In this document: positions 33,817 to 48,521 of the stretch, in pieces | Numbering within the stretch: the first letter of the stretch is position 1 | Layout: each line of letters starts with the position of its first letter | DNA from: Macrostomum hystrix | Taxonomy: Eukaryota > Animalia > Platyhelminthes | DNA: 64,000 nt | Assembly (NCBI GenBank): GCA_950097015.1 | Contig: CATNEN010000038.1 | Location: 23,436,001-23,500,000, forward strand | Direction of reading: 5' to 3' | Translations under genes and position numbers: made by a program | Notes under the pieces: model-generated | The model's database searches: none | Seen by the model: only the letters and a program-made list of their open reading frames with translations | Told to the model about the DNA's origin: nothing

Positions 33817-34374
33817 TCTAAACTGTGTTAAATTAGTTGGCCGACAAAATGTCACCTTAGAAATGTCGACCCACCTCTCAGCTTGTCGAAAACATCACAA
33901 AACAATAAATAGTTTAGCAGTTTGCCAGTGTTTTCAAGAGTAAAAATACCCATAGTTTTTTGGCGATTCAAATTACTTTTTTGCGTAAAAAGTGTAAAAA
34001 AAACTTCAAATCCAGCTTGGCAACAAAACAAACCCTTTAATGCAGATTGCTTTCCGTGCAGCCGAAGCCGGCAAATTAGAATCCTTAAATCTGATTGCAG
34101 GCATTCAGCTATGCAGAAGCCTATTTTGAGAAAGCTTAATGGCTTCAGTATGAAAATTGAATCTGAAAATTCTAGAGTATTCTGAGTGGCTGCAGCAGCT
34201 TTTGAAACTTGAACAATGTCCTGCTTTGGCTTTGAAAAAACTGTCGTGCTAGTTTCAATTTCCATACAAAAAGTCCTCGACAAAGCACTTCCAGATTCAC
34301 TGAAAAAATAGACTTTAGAACAATGTGGATCAATTGCTTTTAGCACAAGAACCTACAGAAGCTATCGAAGCTCT

Positions 34375-34926
34375 CAGGGTGTAACCTGTTAGATCCAATT
34401 CTATCAGGGTATCACCTGTTAGATCCCAATCCATCAGGGTGTCACCTGTTAGATCCCAATCCATCAGGGTGTCATTTGTTAGATCCCAATTCATCAGGGT
34501 GTCACCTGTTAGATCCCAATTCATCAGGGTATCACCTGTTAGATCCCAATTCATCAGGGTGTCACCTGTTAGATCCCAATCCATCAGGGTGTCATTTGTT
34601 AGATCCCAATTCATCAGGGTGTCACCTGTTAGATCCCAATTCATCAGGGTGTCACCTGTTAGATCCCAATTCATCAGGGTATCACCTGTTAGATCCCAAT
34701 TCATCAGGGTATCACCTGTTAGATCCCAATCCATCAGGGTATCACCTGTTAGATCCCAATCCATCAGGGTGTCATTTGTTAGATCCCAATCCATCAGGGT
34801 GTCCCCTGTTAGATCCCAATTCATCAGGGTGTCACCTGTTAGATCCCAATTCATCAGGTGTCACCTGTTAGATCCCAATTCATCAGGGTGTCACCTGTTA
34901 CGAGCTAGATCCCAATTCATCAGGGT
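34375..34926. repeat. Minisatellite, 30-nt unit
   Basis: Tandem CACCTGTTAGATCCCAATTCATCAGGGTGT. Confidence 0.96.
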
Positions 34927-35989
34927 GTTTGCCATCAGCTCTGTCCTTCTGATGTCTCCGTGTATTAAAATATTCTGGTTTAAACTTGGCATATCATTGT
35001 ATATGACGAGCTTTAGTATAATGTTAAAGTAATATATAAAGGATTTCCATAAAGTAAAAAATTCCTAAAATCAACACAGGATTATCCTGATTATTTTTGG
35101 GTATTATTTTCCTACTCAGCAGGTGCTGATTCCCATGATAGTTGTGTTCAACTGTTGACATTTGTGAGCATATCAATGCTCTAATCCGTTAAGTAGGGCC
35201 GCCCATTGTGACAATAATCGGCCGATTAAGGATAATTTTCCCAGTTGAAGATTCGCGCTGTTCATACATTGTGAGTGGGATTTTTGCCGACACACTTTCC
35301 ATTCGAAGAATCAGCTGATGGGAGATTTCTTGTAGCTGATAGACCGCACGTAGGGGTGTCTCGATTGGCTTTGGCTACAGCTCGATTGGGAGAATAAGTC
35401 GGCAATCAAGAATTATCCCCATCCCATAGACCGGAATCCCAAAGATTAGCGCCCACCGTCTGAACCCTAGAATTGCGGCTGTCAATAACAATTCGATCCG
35501 CCTTGCTTAAACCCGGCCCCCTCAGCACAGACTTCGAATCGCAAATCCGCCAGCCCGGGGGCCGGGATTTCATGCGCTCAAATCCCGAACTGAAGCCATT
35601 GCTAACAATTTGCTCCAAATCGGGTCAAATCCTCGCCACAACCTCCTCTCTCCGTGCGTGAAACGATGGGAGAAAGGCCGGACAGCCCTAACTACTCAAT
35701 CAATAACTGTTCGAGTCGAGTTTTCATGCTTCTCCAAAGGCAGTTTCTTAGAAACACCCGGCACACTGAGATATTACGCACAGCCGTATGAGAATATTAT
35801 GAAAACCGTGTGATAGAATTGTGAGAACGGTGTGGGAGTATTATGAGAACACTATGAGAGCATTATGAGAACCGCATTAATAGGCACGAGTTCAATGTGA
35901 GAGCAGTGTGAGATCAGTGTGAGAAGAGTGTGAGAACAATGCGAAAAGCGTAGGAGATTATTATGAGAACCATATTAGTTTAGCATGAG

Positions 35990-38150
35990 ATCCGTGTGTG
36001 AATAGCATGATAATTTTATGTGAATAGCATGAGAACCCTATGAGTCTAGCGTGAGAACCGTATGTGAATAGCATGAGAACCGTATGTGAATAGCACGATA
36101 ATTGTATGTGAATAGCATGATAATTGTATGTGAATAGCATGAGAATTGTATGTGAATAGCATGATAATTGTATGTGAATAGCATGAGAATTGTATGTGAA
36201 TAGCATGATAATTGTATGTGAATAGCATGATAATTGTATGTGAATAGCACGATAATTTTATGTGAATAGCATGAGAACCGTATGTGAATAGCACGATAAT
36301 TGTATGTGAATAGCATGATAATTGTATGTGAATAGCATGATAATTGTATGTGAATAGCACGATAATTGTATGTGAATAGCATGATAATTGTATGTGAATA
36401 GCATGATAATTGTATGTGAATAGCACGATAATTGTATGTGAATAGCATGATAATTGTATGCGAATAGCATGATAATTGTATGTGAATAGCATGATAATTG
36501 TATGTGAATAGCATGATAATTGTATGCGAATAGCATGATAATTGTATGTGAATAGCATGATAATTGTATGTGAATAGCATGATAATTGTATGTGAATAGC
36601 ATGATAATTGTATGTGAATAGCATGATAATTGTATGTGAATAGCATGATAATTGTATGTGAATAGCATGAGAATTGTATGTGAATAGCATGAGAATTGTA
36701 TGTGAATAGCATGAGAATTGTATGTGAATAGCATGATAATTGTATGTGAATAGCATGATAATTGTATGTGAATAGCACGATAATTTTATGTGAATAGCAT
36801 GAGAACCGTATGTGAATAGCACGATAATTGTATGTGAATAGCATGATAATTGTATGTGAATAGCATGATAATTGTATGTGAATAGCACGATAATTGTATG
36901 TGAATAGCATGATAATTGTATGCGAATAGCATGATAATTGTATGTGAATAGCATGATAATTGTATGTGAATAGCATGATAATTGTATGCGAATAGCATGA
37001 TAATTGTATGTGAATAGCATGATAATTGTATGTGAATAGCATGATAATTGTATGTGAATAGCATGATAATTGTATGTGAATAGCATGATAATTGTATGTG
37101 AATAGCATGATAATTGTATGTGAATAGCATGATAATTGTATGTGAATAGCATGAGAATTGTATGTGAATAGCATGAGAATTGTATGTGAATAGCATGAGA
37201 ACCGTATGTGAATAGCATGATAATTGTATGTGAATAGCATGATAATTCTATGTGAATAGCATGAGAACCGTATGTGAATAGCATGATAATTCTATGTGAA
37301 TAGCATGAGAACCGTATGTGAATAGCATGATAATTGTATGTGAATAGCATGATAATTGTATGTGAATAGCACGATAATTTTATGTGAATAGCATGAGAAC
37401 CGTATGTGAATAGCACGATAATTGTATGTGAATAGCATGATAATTGTATGTGAATAGCACGATAATTTTATGTGAATAGCATGAGAACCGTATGTGAATA
37501 GCACGATAATTGTATGTGAATAGCATGATAATTGTATGTGAATAGCATGAGAATTGTATGTGAATAGCATGAGATCCGTATGTGAATAGCATGATAATTG
37601 TATGTGAATAGCATGATAATTGTATGTGAATAGCACGATAATTGTATGTGAATAGCATGATAATTGTATGTGAATAGCATGATAATTGTATGTGAATAGC
37701 ATGATAATTGTATGTGAATAGCACGATAATTTTATGTGAATAGCATGAGAACCGTATGTGAATAGCACGATAATTGTATGTGAATAGCATGATAATTGTA
37801 TGTGAATAGCATGAGAATTGTATGTGAATAGCATGATAATTGTATGTGAATAGCATGATAATTGTATGTGAATAGCATGATAATTGTATGTGAATAGCAC
37901 GATAATTGTATGTGAATAGCATGATAATTGTATGTGAATAGCACGATAATTGTATGTGAATAGCATGAGAACCGTATGTGAATAGCACGATAATTGTATG
38001 TGAATAGCATGAGAACCGTATGTGAATAGCACGATAATTGTATGTGAATAGCATGAGAACCGTATGTGAATAGCACAATAATTTTATGTGAATAGCATGA
38101 GAACCGTATTAGCGTGAGAACCTTATGTGAATAGCGTGAGAACAGTGTGA
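35990..38150. repeat. Minisatellite, 22-nt unit, about 2.1 kb
   Basis: Tandem TATGTGAATAGCATGATAATTG with variant ...GAGAACCG. Confidence 0.97.
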
Positions 38151-39056
38151 TAAAAGTGTGAGAACAAACAGAGGCGATCTGCTGTCGGAGGAGGCAATCC
38201 TAATCAACTTGATTCCCCGAAGTCAATAGCATTTGGGGTGCACTTGAGTCGCATCACGGAGCAGTTGCAGCACTTGTATTTAAAAAAATCATTTCCTAAC
38301 TGGCCCATCACGCTAGCCGAATAACACAGCCGCACGCAAAGCGTATACTATCAATTATAGTTTATTGAGTCCGCTTTGGAAACGGTCCAAACCTGTCACA
38401 GACACTGCTCGCTTCGCCTCGTTGAGCTCTCTCTCTCTCTCTTTCTCTCGTGCTTGTTACGAGCAGGTTGAATTTCTGTGTCGGTTTTAAATCTAGTTAT
38501 CTTTGTAGCGTGACATGTAAGCAAGCTGAGGGGTACTTTCAATCGAAGCAGCAATGTCCTGCGAGGGTTTTTGGTCCGGTCTGAATGTAGACTCCAATTT
38601 TTGGTTTGTCCTCATCTTTTTGGCCAGGTGCGGAATCGGATGAAAGCTCCGTTGAGCTTCATCATCAACAGCCAGACTCCTTTGAGCACTTGCTATAGAC
38701 AGAGAGCCAGTCTGTTTGCTCAAGAGCGAAAGCACTCTCGACCTCTTCCTGTCTCTGCAGCCTCCTGATTCCTTCATCATTCACTCCTGCTCTGCCCGTG
38801 CCGCGTTTTCAAACGCCAAAAGCGGAGTGCCTTTTTTATATTCACGTGGGCAGGTGGGATTCGTTTTCTTGATCAGCCTTTTTTGCTTGCTTTGAGCTGT
38901 TCTGCTGTCATTTTCTTAACAGTTTCTGCAGTTGCCTTTCATATTTTTTTAAATTTTATATTCAGTATTTAACTGTCCTGTCTGCTTGACTGTCACCATG
39001 TCACACTATATCTAATACTGCTTCATTCTTGGTCGGCCACTTGTCCACTCTCAGGT

Positions 39057-39790
39057 AGATCTGTCACTATGTCACTCTCTGATCTGTAACTTTTTCACTC
39101 TCTGATCTGTCACTCTTGCACCCTCTGATCTGTAACTCTTTCACTCTCTGATCTGTCACTCTTTCACTCTCTGATCTGTCACTCTTGCACTCTCTGATCT
39201 GTCACTCTGTCACTCTCTGATCTGTCACTATGTCACTCTCTGATCTGCAACTCTTTCACTCTCTTATCTGTCACTCTGTCACTCTCTGATCTGTAACTCT
39301 TGCACTCTCTGATCTGTAACTCTTTCACTCTCTTATCTGTCACTCTGTCACTCTCTGATCTGTAACTCTTTCACTCTCTTATCTGTCGCTCTGTCACTCT
39401 CTGATCTGTCACTCTGTCACTCTCTTATCTGTCACTCTTTCACTCTCTTATCTGTCACTCTGTCACTCTCTGATCTGTAACTCTTTCACTCTCTGATCTG
39501 TCGCTCTGTCACTCTCTGATCTGTCACTCTGTCACTCTCTGATCTGTCACTCTTGCACTCTCTAATCTGTCACTCTTGCACTCTCTGATCTGTCACTCTG
39601 TCACTCTCTGATCTGTCACTCTGTCACTCTCTGATCTGTCACTCTTTTTTATTTGATGGTCTGTCACTCTTTTACTCTATGGTCTGTCACTCTTTTTTTC
39701 TATGGTCTGTCACTCTTTTTTCTATGGTCTGGCCCACTTTTACGCTACGGTCTGTCAGTCTATCTATCTTCACTCTCTGGTCTGTCACTC
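39057..39790. repeat. Minisatellite, 23-nt unit
   Basis: Tandem CTCTCTGATCTGTCACTCTGTCA. Confidence 0.93.
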
Positions 39791-40764
39791 TTCCTTTTTC
39801 GCTGTTTGTTCATCTCCTTCACTTTAATTGCGAGTCTAGAAAACCGAATAGTCCAGAAAAGTGCGAAAACTATATATATGCGGTTTTACTAATAGTTTGG
39901 CACTTTTTGAGAAGGCTCGCGTGCATTGCTTTCTGATCTGCCTGACGCCAGCACCCCCTCCTCTGCCAGTTCGTTGTCTACAAAATTGACGATTTTTTGC
40001 GGCTGCGCATTAGCATTTTATGTAAAACGAGCGTTTGAGAAATAAAACAGTCTCCGCGTGTGACTTCTTTCTCTGAATTGCTTTTCGGGAGAAAAATAAA
40101 AGAATTTTCTTCACTGAAGTCGGGAAAATGCACTAGTCTTCACGCATTCTCTCAGTCCCTTGTTGAATTTGCACATTTAATTAACTTATCGCCAATTAGC
40201 ACACGAAAAGCTGCCTGCTCAAATGGTGCTCAGAAATTCGAAGGACATTTTGCAGGCTTTAAATTTTAGGTCCTTTATTGAGTGAGGCCTTTGTTTACAA
40301 TACTAAAACATGTACAAATTCAAACAACAACAATGCCCAATTTTGAAATTAGTTTGTCGCCGTATTTATTTTCATAATCTAGATTTGAGCAACACGTGAA
40401 TGAGTCACCATTCTCTCATTTCCCCCTCTCTTGCCTTGGTGTATAGTGGACCTTTATAGATTTTCTATTCTGACAAACTTGGCTTCCATAGCTTGCCGCA
40501 ATGCAAGCAACACAATCACACACGCAACTGAATGAGAAAACTCTGAAGGCCTCATAAATACTTAAGAAAACATGCAGGGATGAAAGCTTCTTGTAGTGCC
40601 TACAGCATACCTCTTCTCTCCCTCGCTTTGAGGACAACTAAAAACTGGCAGACTCAAAAAAGAGACGTAGGTACAGTGGTGTTGGCTAAGCTGAGGGTAG
40701 TTAGCAGTTGGCATACAGAGATAGAAATGAGACAGCAAAGTCATTCGCATTACTTTTAAGCCAA

Positions 40765-42300
40765 CTGTCTCGTCTCTCTCTTCCATTCTCACCTGTCTCA
40801 TCTCATTCTCTTCCATTCTCACCTGTCTCATCTCTCTCCCATTCTTACCTGTCCCATCTCTCTCCCATTCTCACCTGTCTCATCTCTCTCTCTTCCATTC
40901 TCACCTGTCTCATCTCTCTCCCATTCTTACCTGTCCCATCTCTCTCTCTTCCATTCTCACCTGTCTCATCTCTCTCTTCCATTCTCACTTGTCCCATCTC
41001 TCTCTCTTCCATTCTCACCTGTCTCATCTCTCTCCCATTCTCACCTGTCCCATCTCTCTCTCTTCCATTCTCACCTGTCCCATCTCTCTCCCATTCTCAC
41101 CTGTCTCATCTCTCTCTCTTCCATTCTCACCTGTCTCATCTCTCTCCCATTCTCACCTGTCCCATCTCTCTCTTCCATTCTCACCTGTCCCATATCTCTC
41201 TCTTCCATTCTCACCAGTCCCATCTCTCTCTCTTCCATTCTCACCTGTCTCATCTCTCTCTTCCATTCTCACCTGTCCCATCTCTCTCCAATTCTTACCT
41301 GTCCCATCTCTCTCTCTTCCATTCTCACCTGTCCCATCTCTCTCCCATTCTTACCTGTCCCATCTCTCTCTCTCTTCCATTCTCACCTGTCCCATCTCTC
41401 TCTCTTCCATTCTCACCTGTCCCATCTCTCTCTCTTCCATTCTCACCTGTCCCATCTCTCTCTCTTCCATTCTCACCTGTCCCATCTCTCTCCAATTCTT
41501 ACCTGTCCCATCTCTCTCTCTTCCATTCTCACCTGTCCCATCTCTCTCCCATTCTTACCTGTCCCATCTCTCTCCCATTCTTACCTGTCCCATCTCTCTC
41601 TCTCTTCCATTCTCACCTGTCCCATCTCTCTCTCTTCCATTCTCACCTGTCCCATCTCTCTCTCTTCCATTCTCACCTGTCCCATCTCTCTCTCTTCCAT
41701 TCTCACCTGTCCCATCTCTCTCTCTTCCATTCTCACCTGTCCCATCTCTCTCCAATTCTTACCTGTCCCATCTCTCTCTCTTCCATTCTCACCTGTCCCA
41801 TCTCTCTCCCATTCTTACCTGTCCCATCTCTCTCTCTCTTCCATTCTCACCTGTCCCATCTCTCTCTTCCATTCTCACCAGTCCCATCTCTCTCTCTTCC
41901 ATTCTCACCTGTCCCATCTCTCTCTCTTCCATTCTCACCTGTCCCATCTCTCTCTTCCATTCTCACCTGTCTCATCTCTCTCTCTTCCATTCTCACCTGT
42001 CCCATCTCTCTCTTCCATTCTCACCTGTCTCATCTCTCTCTCTTCCATTCTCACCTGTCCCATCTCTCTCTCTTCCATTCTCACCTGTCCCATCTCTCTC
42101 TCTTCCATTCTTACCTGTCCCATCTCTCTCTCTTCCATTCTCACCTGTCCCATCTCTCTCTCTTCCATTCTCACCTGTCTCATCTCTCTCTTCCATTCTC
42201 ACCTGTCCCATCTCTCTCCCATTCTTACCTGTCCCATCTCTCTCTTCCATTCTCACCTGTCTCATCTCTCCCTTCTATTCTCATCTGTCTCATCTCTCTC
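40765..42300. repeat. Pyrimidine-rich minisatellite, about 25-32-nt unit
   Basis: Tandem TTCCATTCTCACCTGTCCCATCTCTCTCTC. Confidence 0.96.
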
Positions 42301-44400
42301 CCGTTAATCCAGTTTAATTTATTTTATTAACTAAATTAAATTATCAACTATTCATTTGTCAAAAATCGAGTAATATATATATTTGAACAGAAAAAATAAC
42401 TGAAACTCTAACAAGCTGTAATTATTTTATTTAGAGAGAATACTCGCTTGTAGAACAATGCGATGAAGCAATTTACGAGAGTTAATTAGGCATCCATTGT
42501 TCCAGTCCAGAATTGTTATCGATTTCAGGTGGGATATATTTTAATCCCATGATTTTAATCCCTTTTTGACAATACACACGTGTGCACAAATTTATCGATG
42601 GAGCTTTAAATCATCTAATCGCATTCTTTCACCTGCCGTCGAATATTTACAACAAGTGTATCGATTGATACAATCAGCATTGCTTCAGATCAATTATTAT
42701 ATACATTGCATCAAGTTCGGACTATAGCTCTTCGATATTGGAAGATACATTTTATAAGTTAATTGAATTTCAAATTAGAAGATCAACAGCACTGCGTGAA
42801 TTAATGCGCATTAAATAATACACTAGACTGAAAGGTGCCATGAAAAACGGATAGTTTTGATGAAGAAATTAGATGTGTAATAATACTACAGGAGGCCTGT
42901 TGGCAATGGCACATCATTTCTGCCCATTTCGCTGACTCCTGAGCACACACTCACACAGGTGTGTACATCTGCCGACTTTCTCATCGTCAGGCAGTGGAAC
43001 TGAAGTGTACACTTTTGCGTCATTGATAGTGCAATGTCAATGTCTCTGTCCTCTGTGCTATGTGATTTGGCAGTAACTCTTTTAATTCTACATCTTCACA
43101 AACCATCAAGTAGAGGACATTTTCTGATGTATACTTCATAATTTAAAGCACATTAACTTGAAGAGAATATTGAAGTAATGTACTAGTACTAAGTTATGTA
43201 CTGATGAATAGACGTGGTCTATTGACACTATTGCAAAAATAAAAAATGAAGCCTCGATAAATCAAGGTCACTTGGGTCACGTTTAATGCATCCCTCAGAT
43301 GGGTGTTAGCCTGGTTAGTAACAGAATTGATAAGTAAGCAAGCGATCTCATGGATTGAAGATTGTGCAAATGGAACAATCGTATATATTGAAGGCCAAAG
43401 GTAAAGCTACATTTTCATTAGGTTGCCATGAACTGTGAAATTTCCTAGTTCTATAGTAAAGAAAATCAACAACCTTTTAATGTGTTGCTGGGTCGATTGG
43501 TCTAACAGAAAAAACTGCTCTTCCATTTGAGCAGGGTTTCACCTTGCGAGTAGTTTTAGCACATCGGTGCGGCCTTAGATCACTGTAGAACAACCATTCC
43601 ATCGCGAGTTAAGAAAGGAGAAATCTGAAATTCATGACGCAATGAGCCGTCCAGAACTTTCGCGCCTAATTTCAGTTCCCGCGTTAAAATTATTGCAATA
43701 AATGCAATTTAGTGTTGACCTTTCCATTTCGGAGGCCGAGAATCCACAGGTGGTGATCGATTGAGTTGGCAACAAATTGAATGTACAACATTGGCCCTGT
43801 TTTAGCACCTCGCAAATGCACAGATTTCACTAAAGCCCATTGTTCTCGTTCCATTGTATTCAATCGAATTTCTCTCTACAGTTTTAAATGTCAAACTTCT
43901 CAGGTGTCAAATGTTTTTGGTAGGGGGGGGCAAAGACATTGTGCATTGAATTAAAGTGTGATGCAATCTCGTGTACTATGCAGCATCGATAAGCGAAAGG
44001 CTAAAAGGCTTATTATAACAACAAGGCCCACGTAATCAGTTTATCCTCATTTTACTAATCAAATCTTATTCCATGTCAGCTAATGGGGACATTGGGAATG
44101 GCGTTTCCAGAATCCCCAACATGCTTGTTGAATGATGAAAGCTGCATTTCAAAAACGCGTGGCGGTCGTGACGGTCAGTGCCAGATCGATATCCACAATT
44201 AACTGGGGATTATTGTGGGGATCTGTACAGAAAGGAAATTTCCCAATGGTTGGAACCCCACAAGAAGCTCGACTCAGTGTCAGTCAGACCAGTGTAGTTG
44301 TATAAGCTTTTGGGAGAAAACTGCAACTTGTCTTGGGATTTCACATGGCAGAAAACTTGCGATTCGCAAACGGTCCGCTCAGGCATCCAAATTCTATCCT

Positions 44401-44850
44401 CAGATTCCCAATCCTCAGATTCCCAATCCTCAGATTCCCAATCCTCAGATTCCCAATCCTCAGATTCCCAATCCTCAGATTCCCAATCCTCAGATTCCCA
44501 ATCCTCAGATTCCCAATCCTCAGATTCCCAATCCTCAGATTCCCAATCCTCAGATTCCCAATCCTCAGATTCCCAATCCTCAGATTCCCAATCCTCAGAT
44601 TCCCAATCCTCAGATTCCCAATCCTCAGATTCCCAATCCTCAGATTCCCAATCCTCAGATTCCCAATCCTCAGATTCCCAATCCTCAGATTCCCAATCCT
44701 CAGATTCCCAATCCTCAGATTCCCAATCCTCAGATTCCCAATCCTCAGATTCCCAATCCTCAGATTCCCAATCCTCAGATTCCCAATCCTCAGATTCCCA
44801 ATCCTCAGATTCCCAATCCTCAGATTCCCAATCCTCAGATTCCCAATCCT
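44401..44850. repeat. Perfect 15-nt minisatellite, 30 copies
   Basis: (CAGATTCCCAATCCT)30 with no visible variants. Confidence 0.98.
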
Positions 44851-45424
44851 CAAAATTTCAAAATTTCAAAATTTCATTCCCATAAAACAGAAATGCTATT
44901 TTTGTTTGAAAAAAGTCAACTTCGAGCTAGCTATGCCAGGGTGTTTCATTCTATAAATTTCCCGATTTTTACCTCACTCCCTGTCGCTCTTCTATTTCCA
45001 TTCGTAGTCGTACAATCCAGTAAAAATTCATAGCCATTGACGAAAAACACAGCAAGCAACTATATAACGATCGCCAAAAAAATCTTGTGCAGTAGCGCAG
45101 GTCCGCTTTGCACCTGGTGCCTGTTAAAGAGGACACACAAGATTCACTCAGCTACCAAACCGTGAACTGAAATTTACTAGCTTTTTTAAATACTTCACCT
45201 GAGAAACACGGAAGTGTGAGAGGAAATTTACGAGCTAAATTTGCAACTCCGATTTCTGCGCCTGCTGAGAACAAGTGAGAACAGTTGTATAATGCAATTA
45301 GAAAATGACAGGTAATGCTCTGAGAGATGAGAGATAATACTCGTAAATGGGCTCTATGGCAGATTCGCAGTGAGAGGATGTTAAACGAAAGATCGTTAAA
45401 GTGGTGAAATTTTGGCATAAAAGG

Positions 45425-47975
45425 CAGGTGAGAATGTAAGGAAGAGAGATGAGAGAGCTGAGAATGGAAGGGGAGAGAGATGAGAGCGCTGAGAATGGAA
45501 GGGGAGAGAGATGAGAGCGCTGAGAATGGAAGGGGAGAGAGATGAGAGCGCTGAGAATGGAAGGGGAGAGAGATGAGAGCGCTGAGAATGGAAGGGGAGA
45601 GAGATGAGAGCGCTGAGAATGGAAGGGGAGAGAGATGAGAGCGCTGAGAATGGAAGGGGAGAGAGATGAGAGCGCTGAGAATGGAAGGGGAGAGAGATGA
45701 GAGCGCTGAGAATGGAAGAGAGAGATGAGAGAGCTGAGAATGAAAGGGGAGAGAGATGAGAGAGCTGAGAATGGAAGGGGAGAGAGATGAGAGAGCTGAG
45801 AATGGAAGGGGAGAGAGATGAGAGAGCTGAGAATGGAAGGGGAGAGAGATGAGAGCGCTGAGAATGGAAGAGAGATGATAGAGCTGAGAATGGAAGGGGA
45901 GAGAGATGAGAGCGCTGAGAATGGAAGGGGAGAGAGATGAGAGCGCTGAGAATGGAAGGGGAGAGAGATGAGAGCGCTGAGAATGGAAGGGGAGAGAGAT
46001 GAGAGCGCTGAGAATGGAAGGGGAGAGAGATGAGAGCGCTGAGAATGGAAGGGGAGAGAGATGAGAGCGCTGAGAATGGAAGGGGAGAGAGATGAGAGCG
46101 CTGAGAATGGAAGGGGAGAGAGATGAGAGCGCTGAGAATGGAAGGGGAGAGAGATGAGAATGGAAGGGGAGAGAGATGAGAGAGCTGAGAATGGAAGGAA
46201 GAGAGATGAGAGAGCTGAGAATGGAAGGGGAGAGAGATGAGAGAGCTGAGAATGGAAGGGGAGAGAGATGAGAGAGCTGAGAATGGAAGGGGAGAGAGAT
46301 GAGAGAGCTGAGAATGGAAGGGGAGAGAGATGAGAGCGCTGAGAATGGAAGGGGAGAGAGATGAGAGCGCTGAGAATGGAAGGGGAGAGAGATGAGAGCG
46401 CTGAGAATGGAAGGGGAGAGAGATGAGAGCGCTGAGAATGGAAGGGGAGAGAGATGAGAGCGCTGAGAATGGAAGGGGAGAGAGATGAGAGAGCTGAGAA
46501 TGGAAGGAAGAGAGATGATAGAGATGAGAATTGAAGGAATAGAGATGAGAGCGCTGGGAATGGAAGGGGAGAGAGATGAGAGAGCTGAGAATGGAAGGGG
46601 AGAGAGATGAGAGCGCTGAGAATGGAAGGGGAGAGAGATGAGAGAGCTGAGAATGGAAGGGGAGAGAGATGAGAGCGCTGAGAATGGAAGGAAGAGAGAT
46701 GAGAGAGCTGAGAATGGAAGGGGAGAGAGATGAGAGAGCTGAGAATGGAAGGGGAGAGAGATGAGAGCGCTGAGAATGGAAGGGGAGAGAGATGAGAGCG
46801 CTGAGAATGGAAGGGGAGAGAGATGAGAGCGCTGAGAATGGAAGGAATAGAGATGAGAGCGCTGAGAATGGAAGGGGAGAGAGATGAGAGCGCTGAGAAT
46901 GGAAGGGGAGAGAGATGAGAGAGCTGAGAATGGAAGGGGAGAGAGATGAGAGCGCTGAGAATGGAAGAGAGATGATAGAGCTGAGAATGGAAGGGGAGAG
47001 AGATGAGAGCGCTGAGAATGGAAGGGGAGAGAGATGAGAGCGCTGAGAATGGAAGGGGAGAGAGATGAGAGCGCTGAGAATGGAAGGGGAGAGAGATGAG
47101 AGAGCTGAGAATGGAAGGGGAGAGAGATGAGAGCGCTGAGAATGGAAGGGGAGAGAGATGAGAGCGCTGAGAATGGAAGGGAGAGATGAGAGCGCTGAGA
47201 ATGGAAGAGAGAGATGAGAGAGCTGAGAATGTAAGGAAGAGAGATGAGAGAGCTGAGAATGGAAGGAGAGAGAGATGAGAGAGCTGAGAATGGAAGGGGA
47301 GAGAGATGAGAGAGCTGAGAATGGAAGGGGAGAGAGATGAGAGAGCTGAGAATGGAAGGGGAGAGAGATGAGAGAGCTGAGAATGGAAGGGGAGAGAGAT
47401 GAGAGCGCTGAGAATGGAAGGGGAGAGAGATGAGAGCGCTGAGAATGGAAGGGGAGAGAGATGAGAGCGCTGAGAATGGAAGGGAGAGATGAGAGCGCTG
47501 AGAATGGAAGAGAGAGATGAGAGAGCTGAGAATGTAAGGAAGAGAGATGAGAGAGCTGAGAATGGAAGGAGAGAGAGATGAGAGAGCTGAGAATGGAAGG
47601 GGAGAGAGATGAGAGAGCTGAGAATGGAAGGGGAGAGAGATGAGAGCGCTGAGAATGGAAGGGGAGAGAGATGAGAGAGCTGAGAATGGAAGGGGAGAGA
47701 GATGAGAGAGCTGAGAATGGAAGGGGAGAGAGATGAGAGCGCTGAGAATGGAAGGGGAGAGAGATGAGAGCGCTGAGAATGGAAGGGGAGAGAGATGAGA
47801 GCGCTGAGAATGGAAGGAAGAGAGATGAGAGCGCTGAGAATGGAAGGGGAGAGAGATGAGAGCGCTGAGAATGGAAGGAAGAGAGATGAGAGCGCTGAGA
47901 ATGGAAGGAAGAGAGATGATAGAGCTGAGAATGGAAGGAATAGAGATGAGAGAGCTAAGAATGGAAGGGAGATGG
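45425..47975. repeat. Purine-rich minisatellite, 31-nt unit
   Basis: Tandem GAGAATGGAAGGGGAGAGAGATGAGAG(C/A)GCT. Confidence 0.97.
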
Positions 47976-48481
47976 ATTAGATAGGTGAGATTGGAAGGTA
48001 GGGGAGAAGATTGGTGAGAATTGAATGCAAGAGAATAGTGAAGAGAAAGTACTCATGAGATTAAAGAAATACCACAATAATGCAGGAAAGTGATTGGTGA
48101 GTGTAGTTTAAAATTATAAAGAAGTAGAAAAAAGAGTGAAAGATGTTTGAGTACTAACAAATTAACAAAAGTCAAAACTTCCGTCCTCCGACTTATCCTG
48201 CCTTATTCATATAACCGAATTAATATTTTTGCTTTCACATAACAGAAAATATGATATCGGATAGGGTCATGGAATCGCTACACCATCAGCAGTGGTTGGC
48301 CTGTCACAATGGCCTGTGTGATCGGGATTTAGGAGACAAATATAACGTAGCAGATGGATGATAGTTGATGTCTGTTAACGCCGTCACCCGCACCACTGTC
48401 TGGCAATTGTGGCATCTTGTTTTGCCCGTGGAAATAAGCGATTTGGTTTGCCTTTTTATTCTCATGTTGACTCGATATTCT

Positions 48482-48519
<38 letters not shown>
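48482..48519. repeat. (CAG)n trinucleotide microsatellite, about 12 copies
   Basis: Uninterrupted GCAGCAGCA run with no flanking coding signal. Confidence 0.9.

Positions 48520-48521
<2 letters not shown>

Noticed and set aside
32803-34346. ORFs of 86-164 aa in unique sequence
   Set aside because: No recognisable motifs, overlapping ORFs on both strands, and composition like non-coding DNA.
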